DNA of 64,000 bases from a virus (lineage: Duplodnaviria; Caudoviricetes), in the IMG/VR virus record IMGVR_UViG_2890766748_000002, positions 1 through 64,000 of that record. The stretch is one strand, 5' to 3'. Below, piece after piece: positions 1 to 9,780 of this stretch. A model generated the notes under the pieces. It had not been told where the DNA came from. It did not search any database and worked only from the letters and a program-made list of their open reading frames with translations. The position numbers and the translations under genes are program-made. The stretch's first letter is position 1. Each line of letters begins with the position of its first letter.

Positions 1-237
1 ATGCTACTTTCTGAGATTCTGCAAAAGTACGACAACGGGACACTGGCAAATGAATCGGACGCATCCTTGCTGAATGCCCAATCGGCCATCAACCTGTTGG
101 TTTCTGGATTGACCAGCATCCAGAACGCCACCTTTCGGGTGACCGGGTTTAATAAGCCCGTCACGAAAAGCCGCCTTCTAAAAATCGCTGATTTCCTCAC
201 GAAAACACTCAATACCCGCTACGGGTGTAACGATTAA
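1..237 (+). CDS. Phage hypothetical protein (may be 5'-truncated)
   Basis: ORF co-oriented with the early operon. Confidence 0.5.
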   Translation: MLLSEILQKYDNGTLANESDASLLNAQSAINLLVSGLTSIQNATFRVTGFNKPVTKSRLLKIADFLTKTLNTRYGCND

Positions 238-251
238 TCACACCAATCCAC

Positions 252-716
252 ATGCAATTTCTCGCTACGATTTGGCCGCGACTGCTGAAGGATTCAGCGT
301 CAGCGGGTAAGGGAATGTCTGTTCAAAGCTTCTGCCTGACGCTTCAGGCCGACGAACTGTTGCTCCTGCAAGGGCTCCTGAATAACTGCATCATTGACTG
401 GCTGATGGACATACGCGGGTCACGGTTGTCGCCGGTAGAAATGTACCACCTGGACGAAATAATCAGTTGGGAATCTGAGCCGGAAGACTACCGGGGGGCG
501 GTTAATCTGGTGCTGACCAGCTTCCAGTTGTCGACGTTTCAGGAGTTGATTGCCGAACAGCAAATCAACTTCTATTGCCACCCGCAAAAAGGGTTTGAAG
601 ATTTGGAAAACGAAGAAGTCCGGGCGATGCTCTACCGCGTTAACGAAGCCGTCAAGGTCGGTTTTTGGGTGGTCGACTACCGGGATGTTTACGTCCTGTT
701 TAGGCATATGGGTTAG
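252..716 (+). CDS. Phage hypothetical protein
   Basis: 154-aa ORF in operon context. Confidence 0.65.
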   Translation: MQFLATIWPRLLKDSASAGKGMSVQSFCLTLQADELLLLQGLLNNCIIDWLMDIRGSRLSPVEMYHLDEIISWESEPEDYRGAVNLVLTSFQLSTFQELIAEQQINFYCHPQKGFEDLENEEVRAMLYRVNEAVKVGFWVVDYRDVYVLFRHMG

Positions 717-788
717 GGTTAACATCGGGCCTTTGGCCGGTCGGTTGGCTGGCCAAAGCTTTTTCAAACGATTTAACCGCCCTATGGT

Positions 789-968
789 ATGTTCTATCTG
801 ACCAACGCAACGATCCGATCCGGCGAGTATAAGGGCCAACCGGTGGCCAGCATAATGGATAAACGATTCCTGATTCAGTACCGAAGCACTTGCCCGAATT
901 TGAAGGGTCAGGAGCTATTGGACATCAATCAACGTATCCGTGAACTTCATCGCCTGACCCGCCCATGA
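789..968 (+). CDS. Small phage protein (59 aa) with a GxYKG motif
   Basis: Hand-translated MFYLTNATIRSGEYKGQPVASIMDK...; ATGA overlap with the primase start. Confidence 0.6.
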   Translation: MFYLTNATIRSGEYKGQPVASIMDKRFLIQYRSTCPNLKGQELLDINQRIRELHRLTRP

Positions 969-3877
969 GTACCCACCACATTGACTTAAAAGAACTGTTA
1001 GCCATTGATGGCGGCATTTCGTATATACTACATCGTTACCCGGACGCCCGGGAATCCGAAAATTCGAGCAAGCGGAAATTTAAGGTGCGACCAGAAAAAA
1101 CGGCGTCGGCATCGATGAAACGAACCGACGACGGTATTTGGATCGTGACCGACTTTGGCGGGGACCAGAAAGGCCGGAATGCGGTGCAAATCGCCCAACT
1201 GGAAGACAACGCCGACTTTGTGACGGCCCTCCGGACGGTGGCCGCATTCTACAACTTTGCCGGGGTGTCGCGCCCGGATCACAAGCCCGGTTACAACAGT
1301 TGGACGGCCAAACCCGACGAAGCCGAAGGCAGTATGACGTTCGACTTCCGGGAGTTTGAATTGCATGACCTGAAGCACATCTTCAGCGTTAACGCCTGGA
1401 ACGCCCTGGGAAGGGATGATGACGCCCGGACCAAAGCCGCGCTGCAACTCTGTAGCCATTATCACCTGAAATGCCTGAACTGGTACACGTATACCTCCAA
1501 GGGCATGACCCACCAATACACGTCAAACGAACAGTTCCCAATCTTTCTGTGGGATGAAGGCGACTGGAAGAAGCTTTACAAGCCGAAAGCCGAAAAACAA
1601 TACCGGTTTCAGAGTTACGGCGTCCGACCGGAACATTTCATCCACGGCCTTCAGCAAGCCCAAAAGAAATACGCTGAATTACAGGCCAAAGAAGACAAAG
1701 ACTACAACCCGGACGATCCGGACGCGGAAGAAAAACGGAAGGAGAAAAAACTACCGGAAATCATCCTGGTATCCGGCGGCTCCGATGCCCTGAATGTGGC
1801 CGCCCTGGGCTATCATGTGGTGTGGATGAACAGCGAAACCGCCCAACTGCGGCCGCAAGACTTTGTGGCCCTGGCCCGGATTGCCGATGCCGTATATAAC
1901 CTACCCGACATCGATGCAACCGGTATTCGTCAGGCTCACGCGCTGGCGCTCGAATTCCTGTCGATCCGGACGATCTGGTTGCCGGAAGAACTGAAAAAGC
2001 ACCTGGACGCCCGGGGCAATCCGTGCAAAGACGTCCGGGATTTTCTGAAGTATTTCCGGAAGTATGAGTTTGACGAACTCCGGAAAATTGCGGTTCCGTA
2101 CCAGTTTTGGGACGAAGAAATTGTCCGGGATAAGGATGGGAACGTCAAATACGCGTTTGGAAAACCGGCGGTAAAGTACGTTTTTAACAACGTTCACGCC
2201 TATAACTTCCTGTATCGGAACGGCTACGCCCGGTTTCGGAGTCCGAAGGAAAAGGAGGGATTCAAGTTTGTGCGGGTGGAAAACAACGTAGTGGCCACCA
2301 TCGAAACCAGTAACGTCAAAGACTTTATTCACGGTTTTCTGGAATCCCGGCGGCTTCCGATCGACCTGCGCAACACGATCTATCGGACGCCCCAATTGGG
2401 CGATACATCATTGGCCAACATTGGGATTTTCGACGGTGACTTTAAAACCTACGGCCCGGACTTTCAGTACCTGTTTTTCAAAAAAACGGCCTGGAAAATC
2501 ACATCCGCCGGGATTGCCGAAGAAAAGGCCGGAACCATCGATAAGTACATATGGGATTCGAAGGTGATCCAGCACGACGCCAAATTGCTCCCGGATATGT
2601 TCCGGATCAGCAAAAACGAAGAAGGAACGTGGGACATTGACGTGATCGACAATTCCTGCCTGTTTTTCCGATTCCTGATTCAGACCTGCCGGATTCATTG
2701 GCGGAAAGAGTTGGAAGAACGATTAAACCTGTGTGAACTGCCGGAAAAGGCCCGGACGGAGTACGCCGAAAAATACGGTTTTTCGCCCGATGACCTGAGA
2801 GCCATGTTGAGCTACGACACGGCCGAACGACAGGAAGCTTACCGGCTGGAATCAAAATTCAGCATCGACGGCGGGTTGCTAATGCTGGAAGAAATTGCCG
2901 AACAGAAGCTTCATCTGATCAACCGAATCTTTGCCATCGGCTACGCCCTGCATCGGTATAAGAACCCGGCCAAACCCTGGGCGGTGTTTGCGATGGACAA
3001 CAAGCTGTCGGAAGAAGGCGAAAGCCACGGCGGGGCCGGAAAAGGGCTGGTGGCCAAGGCGCTGTACAAGCTGGTGAACAAAGTACAGTTGGATGGACGG
3101 AACCCGAAGCTGACCGAAAACCCGCACGTCTTTGAAAACGTGGATGCCGACACGGATTTGATCCACGTCGAAGACGCCAATGAGTATCTGAACTTTGGTT
3201 TCTTTTTCGCGCCGTTGACGTCGGCCATGACCGTGAACCCCAAACAGAAGCGGTCGTTTGAAATCAGTTTTGAAGACAGCCCGAAGTTTTGGTTTGACAC
3301 CAACTTTGGCGACCGCATGACGGACCCGAGTTCGCTCCGACGCAAGCTGTATACGGTTTTCGGCGACTATTACCACGAAAACAACGGTGATTACCGGGAA
3401 AGCCGGACGCCGACCGATGACTTTGGCAAATCGTTGTTTACGGATTTCAGCCCGGACGATTGGAACCTGTTTTACAACTTCATGGCCCAATGCCTTCGGT
3501 TTTATCTGTCGACGGACGAAAAGATCATGCCGCCGATGAATAACGTATCGAAACGGAATCTGATGTCGGAAATGGGCGACCACTTCCGGAATTGGGCGGA
3601 TGTGTTCTTCAGCCCGGAATCGGGCCGGTTGGATAAGCTGGTGATCCGGGATGAAGCCTTCGAAGACTTCATTCGGGTGACCAAACTGAAAACCTACACG
3701 GCCCAACGCTTCAGCAAATCCCTCAAAGCCTGGGCAAGATTCAACGGCTATATCCTGAACCCGGACGAAATGAAGAACAGCCAGGGACGCATTATCCGGC
3801 GGCCGAACAATGAAGGCTCGAAGGAAATGATCTATGTCCGGACGCCCGGGAAAGCCATCAACGAAATCAACCTCTAA
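965..3877 (+). CDS. Phage primase-helicase fusion (TOPRIM plus P-loop NTPase)
   Basis: TOPRIM-like ILVSGGSDAL and LPDIDATG (DxD); Walker A GGAGKG; Walker B-like IHVED. Confidence 0.85.
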   Translation: MSTHHIDLKELLAIDGGISYILHRYPDARESENSSKRKFKVRPEKTASASMKRTDDGIWIVTDFGGDQKGRNAVQIAQLEDNADFVTALRTVAAFYNFAGVSRPDHKPGYNSWTAKPDEAEGSMTFDFREFELHDLKHIFSVNAWNALGRDDDARTKAALQLCSHYHLKCLNWYTYTSKGMTHQYTSNEQFPIFLWDEGDWKKLYKPKAEKQYRFQSYGVRPEHFIHGLQQAQKKYAELQAKEDKDYNPDDPDAEEKRKEKKLPEIILVSGGSDALNVAALGYHVVWMNSETAQLRPQDFVALARIADAVYNLPDIDATGIRQAHALALEFLSIRTIWLPEELKKHLDARGNPCKDVRDFLKYFRKYEFDELRKIAVPYQFWDEEIVRDKDGNVKYAFGKPAVKYVFNNVHAYNFLYRNGYARFRSPKEKEGFKFVRVENNVVATIETSNVKDFIHGFLESRRLPIDLRNTIYRTPQLGDTSLANIGIFDGDFKTYGPDFQYLFFKKTAWKITSAGIAEEKAGTIDKYIWDSKVIQHDAKLLPDMFRISKNEEGTWDIDVIDNSCLFFRFLIQTCRIHWRKELEERLNLCELPEKARTEYAEKYGFSPDDLRAMLSYDTAERQEAYRLESKFSIDGGLLMLEEIAEQKLHLINRIFAIGYALHRYKNPAKPWAVFAMDNKLSEEGESHGGAGKGLVAKALYKLVNKVQLDGRNPKLTENPHVFENVDADTDLIHVEDANEYLNFGFFFAPLTSAMTVNPKQKRSFEISFEDSPKFWFDTNFGDRMTDPSSLRRKLYTVFGDYYHENNGDYRESRTPTDDFGKSLFTDFSPDDWNLFYNFMAQCLRFYLSTDEKIMPPMNNVSKRNLMSEMGDHFRNWADVFFSPESGRLDKLVIRDEAFEDFIRVTKLKTYTAQRFSKSLKAWARFNGYILNPDEMKNSQGRIIRRPNNEGSKEMIYVRTPGKAINEINL

Positions 3878-3889
3878 ACCTTACCTGCC

Positions 3890-4012
3890 ATGTTCAAAAA
3901 CAAACTTATGACCTGGTTCGGGATCCTCGTAGTCGCTCTTTTTCTGCTGGCCAGCTTGGCAATTCCTGCCTTGCTCCGCTGGTGGAAAGCGGACGAACAG
4001 CCGGTAGAATAG
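3890..4012 (+). CDS. Small membrane peptide (40 aa)
   Basis: Hand-translated MFKNKLMTWFGILVVALFLLASLAIPALLRWWK...; single hydrophobic helix. Confidence 0.5.
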   Translation: MFKNKLMTWFGILVVALFLLASLAIPALLRWWKADEQPVE

Positions 4013-4037
4013 TCAGGAATTCATAACTACTCGTTTT

Positions 4038-4298
4038 ATGCACTACAGTCCGCCCCCGCATCGCTACAAAGCTGGCGATTTGATCCTGCACCCCATTTAT
4101 GGAAAATGCATCATAGTGTATGTACTGGCCGGAACCTTCAATACCTACTGTCTGATCAGTCACGACGGGTTGCAGCTCAACACGACAGACTCGCATACGT
4201 ACATGCGGAATACGGGCTTGGAGTATGATTACCGCGATTTCCGGCAAACTAAATTAGATTTTGTTGCGGGCGTTTTCGCTCCATACTTTAACCAATAA
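4038..4298 (+). CDS. Phage hypothetical protein
   Basis: ORF in operon. Confidence 0.55.
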   Translation: MHYSPPPHRYKAGDLILHPIYGKCIIVYVLAGTFNTYCLISHDGLQLNTTDSHTYMRNTGLEYDYRDFRQTKLDFVAGVFAPYFNQ

Positions 4299-4309
4299 CC
4301 GTCCCTTTA

Positions 4310-4483
4310 GTGAATACCTACACCGTGACTGCTTACATCGTTGAAAACAGCCGACGAAAACCGATTTCAACGATCACGGTTAAAGCCGCCAGCGCTTTTA
4401 TTGCTGAGTATGCTTTTGCCGATAAACTGACAAAAGACAACATGCGGTTTGACTGCGTCGTGGCCACTCAAAAACTCGTTTGA
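4310..4483 (+). CDS. Small hypothetical protein (57 aa, GTG start)
   Basis: Hand-translated MNTYTVTAYIVENSRRK...; fills the gap in the operon. Confidence 0.45.
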   Translation: MNTYTVTAYIVENSRRKPISTITVKAASAFIAEYAFADKLTKDNMRFDCVVATQKLV

Positions 4484-4593
4484 TCCTCTGTTTCCGGCAA
4501 CCATTTATCAGGATTTTAATAAAACGTTTCAGGCTAGAAAAATAGTCCCGTAATTTTTCAATTGATGTTTAACCATAAAGAAGGAAGTGTTTT

Positions 4594-4833
4594 ATGAAGA
4601 AGATTTTCAAAGTATTGTTGCTGGTGGCCGGGGTATGGCTGACGCTCCCGACGCTGTATTTATACGTCGCTTTTCCGATCATGGACGTGCTTGCCGACCA
4701 ACTGGATGAACTGTCGTTGGTGGTGAATGTGGCTTTTATCGGCTTCTTTTCAACGCTCGTTGTGTGGGGCCTTTACCGCTTGTCCCTGTTGTTTACGAAT
4801 CAACCCTATCAAAACGACGTCAAGCATGGATAA
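4594..4833 (+). CDS. Small protein with two transmembrane helices
   Basis: Two hydrophobic helices. Confidence 0.65.
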   Translation: MKKIFKVLLLVAGVWLTLPTLYLYVAFPIMDVLADQLDELSLVVNVAFIGFFSTLVVWGLYRLSLLFTNQPYQNDVKHG

Positions 4834-5230
4834 GATGGCCGAAACGCCGAAGGCGCTGATGGGCGCTACTCCGACTGTTGCGATGGGTGCAACCAAGAAA
4901 AAGAACCTGGTGGTGGCTTACCTGCTGGAAAACATGGCGCTGACGATGCTGACCGAAATCCGGCCGAACGGCCGGGCGGCTAAACTACTGGTCGACGCGG
5001 CCAGCGAAGCCCGGCGGCAATTGATGACGGCCCACACGCCGGACGAATTTGCCCCGATCCTGACGATGAAGAACGCGGCCGTGTTGATGGCCCGGAAACT
5101 GGCCGGGTGTGAGGATGTGGAAACGCTGAACACCTGTCTGCATTACATGGAGCAGTTGAACGAAGGCAAGGTGATGATTATGGAGGACGTTGCCGATCCG
5201 GAAGCTTACGGACTCAAACCCAATCGATAG
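4826..5230 (+). CDS. Phage hypothetical protein
   Basis: ORF 4727..5230; start moved to ATG 4826, which overlaps the upstream stop. Confidence 0.65.
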   Translation: MDKMAETPKALMGATPTVAMGATKKKNLVVAYLLENMALTMLTEIRPNGRAAKLLVDAASEARRQLMTAHTPDEFAPILTMKNAAVLMARKLAGCEDVETLNTCLHYMEQLNEGKVMIMEDVADPEAYGLKPNR

Positions 5231-5234
5231 CCTC

Positions 5235-5513
5235 ATGGAAGCCACGGAAGACGTCAGGGAACGAACCGTTCCGTTGTATAGCTGGTGGAAAACGCCGGGG
5301 GACTATTACCGGGGCTTTGCCATCGTCAACAAGTTCGGAAGCAATGTCGGCGGCAAATACTGGACAACCCACCTGCTGTTGTTGGAATGGCAGGTGGAAA
5401 CGCCCGTTACCCGATCCGTTGAAGACTTTTGGGATTTGGTCGACCGGGGGCAATTGATCGCCGTAGAGCCGGTTTGGCAACCAAGCCAGGGAATGTTTCC
5501 GGATGCTGGCTGA
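5235..5513 (+). CDS. Phage hypothetical protein
   Basis: ORF 5190..5513; likely start ATG 5235. Confidence 0.6.
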   Translation: MEATEDVRERTVPLYSWWKTPGDYYRGFAIVNKFGSNVGGKYWTTHLLLLEWQVETPVTRSVEDFWDLVDRGQLIAVEPVWQPSQGMFPDAG

Positions 5514-5548
5514 TACCTATAATAAATACAAAACCACAACCGCTTTTG

Positions 5549-5572
5549 AAGGCCCGATTTCGGGCCTTTTTT
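5549..5572 (+). terminator. Rho-independent terminator
   Basis: AAGGCCCGA-tt-TCGGGCCTT followed by a T tract. Confidence 0.8.
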
Positions 5573-5632
5573 GTTGCCTAGCCTTCCGGCTTTGGTTCCC
5601 TTCAACCCTCCGGCAAAAAACTTGCAGTTTTT

Positions 5633-5896
5633 TGTAACTTTGTAACCAAGCCCAATTTTACGGCTTATTAGTCTGGAAATCAGATGTTAAGAAGTTACAA
5701 TTTTTTTGTATCAAAGTATACAAAGTTACAAAAAATAAAAAAATAGGCTTTTTGAGGGGAGCCGCCTTAAAGCGGTTTTCGGCGCTGATACAAAAAATTT
5801 TGGAATGGATACAGAATCAAAAATAATTTTGTAACATGCCAATCGACTGATAGACAGATAAATAAGGGTGCCGGTTACAACTGATACAAAGTTACA
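5633..5896. repeat. Iteron-like G(T/A)TACA cluster; putative replication origin
   Basis: About 10 GTTACA/GATACA hexamers in both orientations within AT-rich non-coding DNA downstream of the primase operon. Confidence 0.6.
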
Positions 5897-6217
5897 GGAA
5901 TTTTCGCCCTCAGACCTGGGGCGTTTTGAGCCATCGACAGGCAGCAACGGCGACACGGCCCGGAACCGGCTATGACCAAAATACAATTCTTGCCGATGGC
6001 GGACGACAGTGGGGGATACGTCCAGGCAATTCGCCCAGCATGGTCTGACCTTCAGACCAGAATAGCAAAGGAACTCGAAACTAGATGCTGAAATTGTCAA
6101 CAAATAACCGTCTGATTACTTGAGGGTTAAGACAAATTTTTGTATCTTAAAGGAATGAAAAACGCCCGGTGGGACGGGCGTTTTCGAGTGCTATTCTGTT
6201 GGGCAACAGATGGATAG

Positions 6218-6760
6218 TTGATGTGTAAAGATACATCAACTTTTTCCAATCTGTCAACTATGACGTTCGCCGTACCTGTTAAGCCGTACATCAAAGAGTT
6301 TTTTCAGAATTCGGACGTATTTGGGCCGGAACCGATCATGGTTCGGCGAAACTCGCGGCTGGGCGAAATCATGGCCGCCGTGTTCTCCCATTATCCGCTT
6401 CAGGATATTGATTTGGAGGAGCTTGCCCCCACGGATGTGCTGGACCCGGCCAAACTGCATTTTGCCTTGTCGTTCCCGATTCAACCTTGCCTTTTGACGG
6501 ATTCCCGACTGAACCAGTTGGGCAAAGTGCTGGAAGTGATCTTTGAATTTTACGCCATCGCCTTCGTCAAGGGCCGCATGGATGTTTTCCCCTCGCTGAA
6601 CGGAGCCGCCGAACGGTTTACCGAAAAACACCAGATTAACGTAGAGTCCTACACACCTGATGCGGTGCGGAAGCTGGTGGACCGGAGCCGGTCGAAGGTC
6701 GATCCGTTCTATACCAAGCTTTCGGTTCGGGAAAAAACAAACCTGTCCAAAGTTGGCTGA
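6218..6760 (+). CDS. Hypothetical protein; candidate late-gene regulator (start may be ATG 6260)
   Basis: Stand-alone ORF between the origin and the structural operons, followed by the TGTCCA array. Confidence 0.6.
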   Translation: MMCKDTSTFSNLSTMTFAVPVKPYIKEFFQNSDVFGPEPIMVRRNSRLGEIMAAVFSHYPLQDIDLEELAPTDVLDPAKLHFALSFPIQPCLLTDSRLNQLGKVLEVIFEFYAIAFVKGRMDVFPSLNGAAERFTEKHQINVESYTPDAVRKLVDRSRSKVDPFYTKLSVREKTNLSKVG

Positions 6761-6811
6761 AACCTGTCCAGTTTCGGTAAAAAGCTGTCCAATTTCGGGC
6801 GTTTTTGTCCA
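6744..6811 (+). repeat. Four phased TGTCCA repeats (spacing 21, 21, 20 bp)
   Basis: GTCCA at 6745, 6766, 6787 and 6807. Confidence 0.8.
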
Positions 6812-6899
6812 ACGATTTTTGCGCTAAAAATTTGCTGCATGACCGGCCGGATGGTGACCGGTTTTGGCATACAGCCCGACACCCGGGCAGGGTTTTTAC

Positions 6900-6934
6900 G
6901 TCCAAGTGAATTCGGCCCGGGCGGTGTAGTTTTC
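6900..6934 (+). promoter_or_regulatory. Putative phage late promoter GTCCA-N22-TAGTTTCC
   Basis: Same motif and spacing as six other sites. Confidence 0.55.
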
Positions 6935-6938
6935 CTTC

Positions 6939-7541
6939 ATGGTTTTCGACTCTCTGAATTTGATTCCGGACGTGCTGATTCCGGTGCAACAGCCCAACGC
7001 CGGGGGGATTGCCCGGCTGCGGCTGGTTCCGGCCGATCACCTGACGCTGGTACGGCCCGAACGGTTTCCGCGCCCGGGCCTGCACGGGTATGCGGATTAT
7101 ACCCTGTCGGACCAGCACTTTGTTTTCCACCCGGGGGCGTCGCTGGTCGACGTCGATGTGATGCCGGACTATGCCAGTTTTACGGAAGAAAGCCAGGCAG
7201 AAGCCAACGGCGGTTTTTACGTGCCGACCATTCAGGTGGTGATTCCGAAGGTGCGGCCGGATGTGACGATCTGGCTACAGCGTTACCGGCTGGTGAAGTG
7301 GGTGGCATTGATCCGGGACCGGAACGGCCTGTGCCGGTGCGTCGGGACGCCCGAACAACCGCTTTCGATGGCCGTCAGCCAGGCAACCGGCAACGGCCAG
7401 AACGGACGGAGCCAAACAGCCCTGACGTTTTCAACATCGGTAGAACAACCAGCCTATTATGTAACCGGCATTGAAAACGAAGACCTGTTTGCCGCCATGC
7501 CTGATTTTGACGAATCCTTCAGCTTTGATTTCAACTCCTAA
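6939..7541 (+). CDS. Virion structural protein, possibly tail-tube-like fold, with C-terminal FDxxFxxDF peptide
   Basis: PNAGGIARL resembles PNPGGTRKL in the 12787 protein; ends DFDESFSFDFNS. Confidence 0.65.
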   Translation: MVFDSLNLIPDVLIPVQQPNAGGIARLRLVPADHLTLVRPERFPRPGLHGYADYTLSDQHFVFHPGASLVDVDVMPDYASFTEESQAEANGGFYVPTIQVVIPKVRPDVTIWLQRYRLVKWVALIRDRNGLCRCVGTPEQPLSMAVSQATGNGQNGRSQTALTFSTSVEQPAYYVTGIENEDLFAAMPDFDESFSFDFNS

Positions 7542-7551
7542 TTTTTTAGAC

Positions 7552-9267
7552 ATGGCAATTGATACCAATGCGATTAAGGCGATGATCGACGCCGGAATTA
7601 TCAGTGCACCGCCTGCGCGGGTGAACAATGTGGCAACGGTGCGGGCGTTTCTGAAAGCCTTTGTGGACCTGTTGGCCGCCCAGGACTATACGCCGTCGCA
7701 CAACTGGAACGGAACCCAACTCCGCTTTACGCTCCCGAATGGGGTTAACGGTGCATACGTCGATCTGAGGGGGGCAACCGGCGCACAGGGGCCAAAGGGT
7801 GACCCGGGGACGTTGACAAACAGTGCAATTCCGGCCCGAACGACCCCCATCAATCAGCCTCTAGACAAAATTGTCGTGCAACGAGCTGATGGCGTACTGG
7901 AAAAGGTGACCCTCTATCAACTGGCCGGGGGCACGCCCCTGGTGACGGGCAATCTGGTGGCCAATGGCAACGGCGAATTCGGCGATACGAGCAACATGCT
8001 GCCCGACAACCCCGCCAAACTCAGCTTCGACCCCACCCAGATTTCCCTGGCCGGTGGCAAAGGAGCCTTCCGATGGACCGGTGCACAAGGTAGTTTGCTG
8101 ACCGTCGATAAGATTGCCGTCAATCTATTGCGTCGCCTGCGGATTTCGGTCGTGGCCCGCACCGGCGATGCCAATGGCGCTAATTACGATGCCAATGCCC
8201 GAACTTATTTTGGACTGCAATGCCTGGATGCTGACGGCCTCTCCATCGCTCCGCACAATTTCGCCAAAGTTAGTGGGGCGGCCTTGACCACGCTGGCCAC
8301 GGCGCTGAATCCGGGTGACACGACCCTAACGCTAACCAGTGCTGCGGGTTGGTACAATGGCTCGAATGCGGCTTCGCGGGGCTTTGCCTGGTATCCGTAT
8401 GTGAATGCTCAGGGCCAGGTCTTTCCCGACTACGGGTATTCCCGCAACAACACCTTCGACAAAGGGCTCAGTGGCGGAGCCTGGGCCGCTGGCGGCATTG
8501 CAGGCAATGTGATCACCTTGTCGGTACCCTGGGCCGGACCAGCCCTGGCGGCTGGCACTAAAATCGCCAATGTGTTCTCCGGCGGAACGTTTATGTATTC
8601 GTCGGTTTTGAACAATGCCCATGTACCCAATACCTGGACTTCCTATGAAGCCTACGTGCAGGGCGTGAATCCGGGATCGACCGAAGATGGTAGCAACCTG
8701 ATGTTCCGCCCCGGCACGGCTTTCATCAAGCCCCTGCTGCTGATCAATTACAACAATCCGGCCCTGACGACTACCTTTTATTTTATGATGCTGGACGTGC
8801 GGGAGTCGGGCTTCGACCTGGCCACGTTGCTGGCCGGAGCGAACACCTACTCGGGTAATAACACCTTTTCGGGGGCCAATTCATTTTCCGGCGAAACCTC
8901 AATCAAGCGCCTGATTGCGTCGGGCAGTGCGCCCAGCATTGCCGCCAATGCGGTCAACTCGACCGGAGCCGGAGCGGGGGCAACGGCCAGCATCGGGGCG
9001 GGTTCGACTGACCTGGCCGGTACACTGACGATTGTGACGGGGACAACCCCTGGTACGAATGTGATCTTTGCCACCCTCACGTTTGCCCAGGCGATGGCGG
9101 CCGCGCCGAAAGCGGTGATTCTAACAGCCCGAAACAACCAGACGGGCATGAGCATCGGGCGGTTTTTTGTGGGTACCAAATCCACTACAGGCTTTACGCT
9201 CAACGCTACCGACTCGGGGCCAGCCGCCAACACCACCTTTCAATTCGACTATATCGTAATTGCTTAA
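7552..9267 (+). CDS. Tail fibre / receptor-binding protein with a short collagen-like segment
   Basis: GATGAQGPKGDPG; Gly/Ala/Thr/Asn-rich beta-type sequence; start moved to ATG 7552. Confidence 0.75.
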   Translation: MAIDTNAIKAMIDAGIISAPPARVNNVATVRAFLKAFVDLLAAQDYTPSHNWNGTQLRFTLPNGVNGAYVDLRGATGAQGPKGDPGTLTNSAIPARTTPINQPLDKIVVQRADGVLEKVTLYQLAGGTPLVTGNLVANGNGEFGDTSNMLPDNPAKLSFDPTQISLAGGKGAFRWTGAQGSLLTVDKIAVNLLRRLRISVVARTGDANGANYDANARTYFGLQCLDADGLSIAPHNFAKVSGAALTTLATALNPGDTTLTLTSAAGWYNGSNAASRGFAWYPYVNAQGQVFPDYGYSRNNTFDKGLSGGAWAAGGIAGNVITLSVPWAGPALAAGTKIANVFSGGTFMYSSVLNNAHVPNTWTSYEAYVQGVNPGSTEDGSNLMFRPGTAFIKPLLLINYNNPALTTTFYFMMLDVRESGFDLATLLAGANTYSGNNTFSGANSFSGETSIKRLIASGSAPSIAANAVNSTGAGAGATASIGAGSTDLAGTLTIVTGTTPGTNVIFATLTFAQAMAAAPKAVILTARNNQTGMSIGRFFVGTKSTTGFTLNATDSGPAANTTFQFDYIVIA

Positions 9268-9269
9268 CT

Positions 9270-9779
9270 ATGGAAACATCGTTGTTAAAACAGTATGGGT
9301 TGCTGGTATCATCAACCGGGGCTATTGTGGGAATTGAATTACCGGTAACAGGAAGTTCGTTACTGGCCGAAGGCACGCAACGGCGCGTTCGGCTGAAACG
9401 AATGTCTTTTGATGAAGACCTGGAAATCACGGCGTTATTTGAAATGCGGGTGGTGGATCAGGACGGCAAGGATTTGTTTGACTTCTACAATCAGGATACC
9501 ACTCTTCCCCCTATGGTGACCCGGGAACGCCTGTCGCGGGTACAGCCAATTGAGATTCCGCGAACGACCCGGGGTTCCTTCCGGGATGCGAAGACGGGGG
9601 AACTGGTTTCCTCCGACGCGTTGAACGCCATTCCGGAAGTACAATTTTTCCAGTCTATGGCACTGGTGCATCTGAAAGCCCAGGGATTGCCGTTGACGGG
9701 CAAGGAACCTTACCTGGTCGTGGTGTATTTAATGCTGGCCAACATCATCCGCGAAAAAGATGCCCGGAGCGAGTTCTGA
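9270..9779 (+). CDS. Hypothetical protein (possible fibre-associated protein)
   Basis: Directly follows the fibre gene. Confidence 0.65.
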   Translation: METSLLKQYGLLVSSTGAIVGIELPVTGSSLLAEGTQRRVRLKRMSFDEDLEITALFEMRVVDQDGKDLFDFYNQDTTLPPMVTRERLSRVQPIEIPRTTRGSFRDAKTGELVSSDALNAIPEVQFFQSMALVHLKAQGLPLTGKEPYLVVVYLMLANIIREKDARSEF

Positions 9780-9780
9780 A

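Noticed and set aside
5726-6103. 125-aa minus-strand ORF
   Set aside because: Overlaps the iteron region and has no protein-like features; probably spurious.
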